A DNA stretch of 30,496 bases from a virus (taxonomy: Duplodnaviria > Caudoviricetes): positions 1 to 30,496 of IMG/VR virus record IMGVR_UViG_3300032327_000300. One strand, given 5' to 3'. Position numbers and translations under genes: made by a program. Positions 26,912 to 30,496 of this stretch are shown piece by piece. The notes under the pieces are model-generated. The model was not told the DNA's origin, ran no database searches, and was given only the letters and a program-made list of their open reading frames with translations. Positions within the stretch are counted from its first letter, which is position 1. Each line of letters begins with the position of its first letter.

Positions 26912-27208
26912 TTATTTAAAAGGGAGATCGTCGTCAAGAGCCTCCGCATTGGTCTTTGGCGGCGACTTCTTGCTGAGGGATGATGTGCCTTGGGTAATAG
27001 GACGCGCTTGACTGTTACCCGTGGCCTTCTCCTTCGGCGTGACCGACACAGACCAGAACTCACCCTTTGCGCCGCTCTTCGCCCAAATGCTCAACCAGTA
27101 ATCGGTTCCATCAACTTGGATCGACCCTTTAAAATCTGGGTGATTGTCTTTTTCTTTGCGGTCGTTGATGAAGAACGATCCGCTGTTGTCGCGTTGTTCG
27201 TAAGCCAT
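26912..27208 (-). CDS. Single-stranded DNA-binding protein (short phage type, DUF736-like)
   Basis: NSGSFFINDRKEKDNHPDFKG motif; acidic tail LDDDLPFK; directly downstream of ERF. Confidence 0.8.
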   Translation of the reverse strand: MAYEQRDNSGSFFINDRKEKDNHPDFKGSIQVDGTDYWLSIWAKSGAKGEFWSVSVTPKEKATGNSQARPITQGTSSLSKKSPPKTNAEALDDDLPFK

Positions 27209-27921
27209 TATTCAGCATCCTTTTTCAGTTCGGCAATGCGTTGTGCATGTGCGTTTTTCAACAATTTGAAAGCCTCGGAATTGTTGGCAATCCCTACTTT
27301 CTGGCGGTTTTCCGCCTCCTGTGTCCAGAAGGTTCGAATGGCCTTTTCGTCTGTCGCAGTTTCCAAGCCCAGTTTGATGACCGCGAGATAGGTCTTCAGA
27401 TCATCTGCGGCTGGCTCTACGGGTGGGGGTGGGGGTGGTGCGGCCTTGGTCGGGAATGCAGGCGGTGGTGCTTCCTGCGTATCGTTTTCAGGATCGTCAC
27501 CAGTTTCAATCTGGAACATCTTGAACAGAAGATATTTGTTTGCGCCAGTGATGGCCTTGTAAACACCTTTATCGCCGACAGCACCGTTCTTGGCGCGGTC
27601 ATTGCCGACACCAGCGGCACGGATCGTGTAGGGCCACACATCCCCGTCCTTGTGGACCAGTGTGTATTCCATTTCAACATGCGTATTGCCGTGATCATCA
27701 ATAGGTTTCACAAAACTGATGGACGGGATCAAGAAAATCCCTTCTTCAATCATTGCTGGGCGCAAGGCGGCAAGCAGTGCGGCCTCTGACGCATATCGAT
27801 ACCCGTGAAAGGCATTTTTACCGTCCTTCTGGACGTAAGACACCTTTGCCATGACAGCATGAAGGGCTTTTGCAATTTTGGTAGTGGGTGGCGATGGGAG
27901 CGGATGTGGCATTGTTTTCAC
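27208..27921 (-). CDS. erf: ERF-family single-strand annealing protein
   Basis: KDGKNAFHGYRYAS and DKGVYKAITGANKYLLFKMFQIETGDDPE motifs; Pro-rich linker. Start is GTG 27921 or ATG 27912. Confidence 0.88.
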   Translation of the reverse strand: MKTMPHPLPSPPTTKIAKALHAVMAKVSYVQKDGKNAFHGYRYASEAALLAALRPAMIEEGIFLIPSISFVKPIDDHGNTHVEMEYTLVHKDGDVWPYTIRAAGVGNDRAKNGAVGDKGVYKAITGANKYLLFKMFQIETGDDPENDTQEAPPPAFPTKAAPPPPPPVEPAADDLKTYLAVIKLGLETATDEKAIRTFWTQEAENRQKVGIANNSEAFKLLKNAHAQRIAELKKDAE

Positions 27922-28412
27922 CTGATTTGAATGGTTGTGCCGCCGTTTGACAACGTAGCACCTTCGATGGTTTCTCCCGCTTCAAGAGCGGCTTTGATGG
28001 CAGTCTTATTGGCTTCTTTTTTAATACGGAAATAATCGTCAGGGATTGCTCCCTCATTGGTGATGATCACTGACTTTGGCTTATTGGACAGGCTGATTGT
28101 GCCAAGAGCCAACTCCAATTTGCGGATGTCTGCCGTTTCCATCAATTGGCGAATCACTTCCCGATTGAACTCAACTCGCCGATCAAAACGATCACGGCGT
28201 TCTTTGATTTCAATGATGGCAATAGACGCCGCATTGGACAGATGGTGATCATCCTTGATCTTCCGCAACAAGCGGTCGATGGTTTCCACAAATGTGGTAG
28301 ACCCTTCAAGCATGTCGAGGCGCAGATCATCATCCAATTTCAATTCTGGATATGAATCATACAGGTTGTTGATGATCCGTTCCAGAATTGCCACTTCGTA
28401 AGGTTTTGACAT
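27918..28412 (-). CDS. Siphovirus Gp157-family protein
   Basis: DMLEGST, coiled coil, and IPDDYFRIKKEANKTAIKAALEAGETIEGATLSNG C-terminus. Confidence 0.88.
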   Translation of the reverse strand: MSKPYEVAILERIINNLYDSYPELKLDDDLRLDMLEGSTTFVETIDRLLRKIKDDHHLSNAASIAIIEIKERRDRFDRRVEFNREVIRQLMETADIRKLELALGTISLSNKPKSVIITNEGAIPDDYFRIKKEANKTAIKAALEAGETIEGATLSNGGTTIQIR

Positions 28413-28608
28413 CTTTCAGATATTCCTTTTCTGCTTTTGCCATCGCAAGATAAAAACGGGCTTCTTTGATGTTTTGTTTCATGTAACGCTTGTATTTGGC
28501 GGTTTCCCGCTTTCCCATTCGATAATCATTCAACATTTGAATGTATCGTTGGTTTGTTTGGCGCATGCCTTTGGCGGCATCAACCAGCGCATTATAAAGA
28601 TTACTCAT
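28357..28608 (-). CDS. Small basic helical hypothetical protein (83 aa)
   Basis: Strong SD GGAGG before the ATG at 28608 (MSNLYNALV...). Confidence 0.65.
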   Translation of the reverse strand: MSNLYNALVDAAKGMRQTNQRYIQMLNDYRMGKRETAKYKRYMKQNIKEARFYLAMAKAEKEYLKDVKTLRSGNSGTDHQQPV

Positions 28609-28741
28609 GATTTTCCTCCGCGATCTTTTCAAGAATCCACGCGATAATGTTGATCGTGACGATGAACACAATCACGCCGCAGATTAATTCGAGGAAGAGT
28701 TCGCAGGCCTGTTGGCCTTCAGGTGTTAAAATCGGTGTCAT
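28601..28741 (-). CDS. Small single-TM membrane protein (46 aa; missing from ORF track)
   Basis: SD AAGGAG; MTPILTPEGQQACELFLELICGVIVFIVTINIIAWILEKIAEENHE; stop overlaps the next start. Confidence 0.7.
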   Translation of the reverse strand: MTPILTPEGQQACELFLELICGVIVFIVTINIIAWILEKIAEENHE

Positions 28742-28763
28742 GTGCGTTGTTCTCCTTGCCCAA

Positions 28764-28845
28764 TCTTTTTTGCACTAAACGAAAATGATGTCAACCATCC
28801 ACACCCCAAATTGACATTTTGATGGTTAACCCTCATTTACAAGAC
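28764..28845. promoter_or_regulatory. Back-to-back divergent promoters
   Basis: Minus-strand TTGACA at 28794-28789; plus-strand TTGACA at 28811-28816 with CATTTA 17 nt downstream. Inverted repeat AACCATC (28793-28799) / GATGGTT (28821-28827). Confidence 0.7.
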
Positions 28846-29067
28846 ATGCAAACACAACATCCATTGCGTCAGTGGCGCGTAAGACACAAGATATCGTTGG
28901 TTGAATTGGCTGGAAGGGTCTCTTCAACGGCGGCGACCCTGTCCAGAATTGAGCGGGCTTTGCATCTGCCAAGAAAAGGTCTGCTCAGGAACATACATTA
29001 TGTGACGGGCATCTCCGGCAAAAGGTTGATGCTGGCCTATTTGGATAAAACTGATGATCAGGCTTGA
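28846..29067 (+). CDS. XRE/Cro-like helix-turn-helix regulator (73 aa)
   Basis: HPLRQWRVRHKISLVELAGRVSSTAATLSRIER..HLP HTH pattern; first gene after the divergent promoter. Confidence 0.85.
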   Translation: MQTQHPLRQWRVRHKISLVELAGRVSSTAATLSRIERALHLPRKGLLRNIHYVTGISGKRLMLAYLDKTDDQA

Positions 29068-29434
29068 ATTGCCTTTTCCACCAAGCGCAAATGCCATCTG
29101 GCAGGGGAACCGCCAAGGCAAGGTGTTCAAGTCGCCCAAATACAAAGAGTGGCTGGACGAGGCTGGCTGGCTGGTTAAACAGCAAACCCGCAAGATCGTC
29201 CTTGGCCCGTATGTTTTGCAGGTGCAGGCCGTTCGACCCGACAAACGCCGCCGCGATCTGGACAACCTGCTGAAGGCATCGAGCGACCTGCTGACAAAAA
29301 TGAACATCGTCGAAGATGATTCGATGTGCAAAGCCATTGCCGCAGAGTGGGTTGAAGACGGCCCGCCCATCACCCTTATCGTTTACTCACTGGAGGATCA
29401 GACATGGAAAATCCCAAATCTTTGGCTGAACTGA
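29054..29434 (+). CDS. rusA: RusA Holliday junction resolvase
   Basis: LPFPPSAN..W and PDKRRRDLDNLLKASSDLL...EDDS catalytic motifs. Confidence 0.93.
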   Translation: MIRLELPFPPSANAIWQGNRQGKVFKSPKYKEWLDEAGWLVKQQTRKIVLGPYVLQVQAVRPDKRRRDLDNLLKASSDLLTKMNIVEDDSMCKAIAAEWVEDGPPITLIVYSLEDQTWKIPNLWLN

Positions 29435-29832
29435 AAGCTCACTATCTGGCGGTGAAGAAACGGCTGGGCGGTGTAGCTGGCGGGACAGGTGTGGTTGCAC
29501 CAGCGGTTGTCTTCCGCGAGCCTGAGCCAGACAAAGAGCCGGAGAAACCCGTTGATTCGTTCTTGTTCGATATCAACGTGCCGCGATACAAGTTTGTTCA
29601 GATGTTGCGGGATGTCGCGCACATGCATGGGGTTGATCCGCAGGTGGTGCTGTCTCCCTGCGCCAAGAAAGCCATTGTGCAAGTTCGGCACGAGGTTCAA
29701 TACAAGGCCCGCAATGATCTTGGTATGACCCTGACCCAAATCGGGCGCATCTTCAACCGTGACCACACAACCGTGTTGAACGCTGTGCGGAGCCATCAGA
29801 AAAAGATTGATGCACAGGCAAACCACGCATAG
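29404..29832 (+). CDS. Protein with DnaA C-terminal (domain IV)-like HTH
   Basis: VQVRHEVQYKARNDLGMTLTQIGRIFNRDHTTVLNAVR matches the DnaA domain IV RDHTTV signature; no AAA+ domain. Confidence 0.85.
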   Translation: MENPKSLAELKAHYLAVKKRLGGVAGGTGVVAPAVVFREPEPDKEPEKPVDSFLFDINVPRYKFVQMLRDVAHMHGVDPQVVLSPCAKKAIVQVRHEVQYKARNDLGMTLTQIGRIFNRDHTTVLNAVRSHQKKIDAQANHA

Positions 29833-29835
29833 AGT
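29807..29835 (+). promoter_or_regulatory. Predicted promoter of the suhB/alpha-r8-like sRNA
   Basis: TTGATG (29807-29812), 17 nt, TAGAGT (29830-29835); predicted +1 near 29842. Confidence 0.5.
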
Positions 29836-29840
29836 GATCT

Positions 29841-29903
29841 GGCTCTAGTCTCAGAGCGTTTCCTCCCAAAACTTGGCTGGGCCTTCGCGGTCCAGCTTTT
29901 TTT
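29841..29903 (+). ncRNA. suhB / alpha-r8 (MmgR/GsrN)-like small RNA
   Basis: 5' hairpin GCTCT/AGAGC, single-stranded GTTTCCTCCC-AAAACTTGG, then an intrinsic terminator. Matches my recollection of the alpha-r8 UUUCCUCCC core and architecture. Confidence 0.65.
29876..29903 (+). terminator. Rho-independent terminator
   Basis: Stem GCTGGGCC/GGTCCAGC with loop TTCGC, followed by T7. Confidence 0.88.
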
Positions 29904-29905
29904 GT

Positions 29906-29934
29906 TTGACGGGATGCCACCAACTGTGCATTTT
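29906..29934 (+). promoter_or_regulatory. Predicted promoter of the replication gene
   Basis: TTGACG (29906-29911), 17 nt, CATTTT (29929-29934), immediately after the terminator. Confidence 0.55.
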
Positions 29935-29974
29935 AAAAGAAGAAGGGCCATCCAGCGGCAAACCGGATGACCCT
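29935..29974 (-). terminator. Minus-strand intrinsic terminator
   Basis: 12-bp stem AGGGUCAUCCGG/CUGGAUGGCCCU, with two G-U pairs possible only on the minus strand, followed by UCUUCUUUU. Confidence 0.7.
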
Positions 29975-30010
29975 GATTTCGGAACAGATGCGGTGTTCCG
30001 GTTGGATAAC
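29935..30010 (-). ncRNA. Putative counter-transcribed antisense RNA (~75 nt) to the replication-gene leader
   Basis: Minus-strand promoter TTGATC (30045-30040)-N17-TATATT (30022-30017); internal hairpin 29980-30000; minus-strand terminator 29974-29935. Confidence 0.6.
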
Positions 30011-30065
30011 GGTATCAATATAAAACCGTTCGCCCATCGGATCAACCAGAAAAAGGATGATTCAG

Positions 30066-30496
30066 GTGGCCAGCGCGATCCCATATATCCCCTTCTATCC
30101 CAGCGATTATCTGACAGACACTCAGCACCTGACAACTCAGGAGCATGGCGCATATTTTTTGCTAATCCTCCATTATTGGCAACGTGGTTGCGCCCTTGAG
30201 GATAACGACAAGAAGCTGTCGAGCATCGTAAAAATGGACCAATTTGACTGGGCAGAAGTGCGCCTTTCGTTGGAAGAATTTTTTGAAATTGATGGCGGTT
30301 TGTGGCATCATAAACGCATTGATCTTGAATTGCGGCGCGTCAAGGCGCGGGCGACCAAAGCGTCAAATGCTGGAAAAGCGTCTGCTCGTAAACGCTTGAA
30401 TGGCAAAGAAAATTTAACAGTCGTTCAACGGTCGTTCAATCCAAGTTCAACTTGGGACCAACAACCGTTCAACCATACAGATACAGATACAGATAC
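30066..30496 (+). CDS. DUF1376/YdaU-family replication initiator (lambda O-like position), 3'-truncated; missing from ORF track
   Basis: SD AAGGA precedes GTG 30066: MASAIPYIPFYPSDYLTDTQHLTTQEHGAYFLLILHYWQRG...LWHHKRIDLEL...AGKASARKR...HTDTDTD. Frame is open to the window end. Confidence 0.88.
   Translation, partial: MASAIPYIPFYPSDYLTDTQHLTTQEHGAYFLLILHYWQRGCALEDNDKKLSSIVKMDQFDWAEVRLSLEEFFEIDGGLWHHKRIDLELRRVKARATKASNAGKASARKRLNGKENLTVVQRSFNPSSTWDQQPFNHTDTDTD
30412..30496 (+). repeat. Putative replication origin iterons (11-bp period) plus (ATACAG)n
   Basis: GTTCAA at 30423, 30434, 30445 and 30467; degenerate copies at 30412 and 30456. ATACAG x3 from 30475. Confidence 0.75.

Noticed and set aside
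27420-27440. G-rich run as a possible G-quadruplex
   Set aside because: Only three tracts of 3 or more G; fully explained by the poly-proline linker of ERF on the minus strand.
21100-28412. Additional plus-strand TTGACA hexamers inside coding regions (e.g. ~21103, ~22453, ~23887, ~24985)
   Set aside because: Intragenic, with no downstream gene start at a fitting distance; consistent with chance occurrence.
29873-30199. 108-aa plus ORF and 100-aa minus ORF (29851-30153) across the regulatory region
   Set aside because: They cross terminators and overlap the DUF1376 gene in other frames; the RNA-structure explanation fits better.
1-30496. CRISPR arrays, tRNA or rRNA genes, integrase/att sites, alternative genetic code
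   Set aside because: No repeat-spacer array or cloverleaf seen in the few intergenic gaps. No recombinase found. Genes tile densely under the standard code, with TAA, TGA and TAG all used as stops.

Overview
This window is a 30.5-kb fragment of a tailed dsDNA phage with podovirus-like (P22/T7-type) virion genes, probably infecting an Alphaproteobacterium. All functional calls come from motif recognition and gene context; no database search was run. Bases 1-24385 are a rightward late operon: small basic proteins, head-tail adaptors, a cluster of about six modular fibre/Gly-rich proteins, a holin-like + GH108 endolysin cassette, a tail nozzle, a GNAT-fold protein and large DNA-ejection proteins. 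One ejection protein carries an internal S74 autocleavage domain and a lytic transglycosylase, and an antisense HNH-AP2 endonuclease interrupts the operon. Bases 24388-28741 are a leftward early operon (Gp157, ERF, SSB-like, two HNH nucleases, a PD-(D/E)xK-like protein, DUF6378). Bases 28846-30496 run rightward: Cro-like HTH, RusA, a DnaA-C-terminal-domain protein and a truncated DUF1376 replication protein with 11-bp-phased iterons. The most striking non-coding signal is the ~235-bp gap at 29833-30065. It appears to hold two complete sRNA genes: a suhB/alpha-r8 (MmgR/GsrN)-like sRNA with an anti-Shine-Dalgarno seed, and a ~75-nt counter-transcribed RNA antisense to the replication-gene leader. 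Other highlights are an apparent ATC start codon, an RBS-sequestering hairpin on an HNH gene, shared promoter motifs, and a recurring (F/Y)AxGG motif in the ejection proteins.
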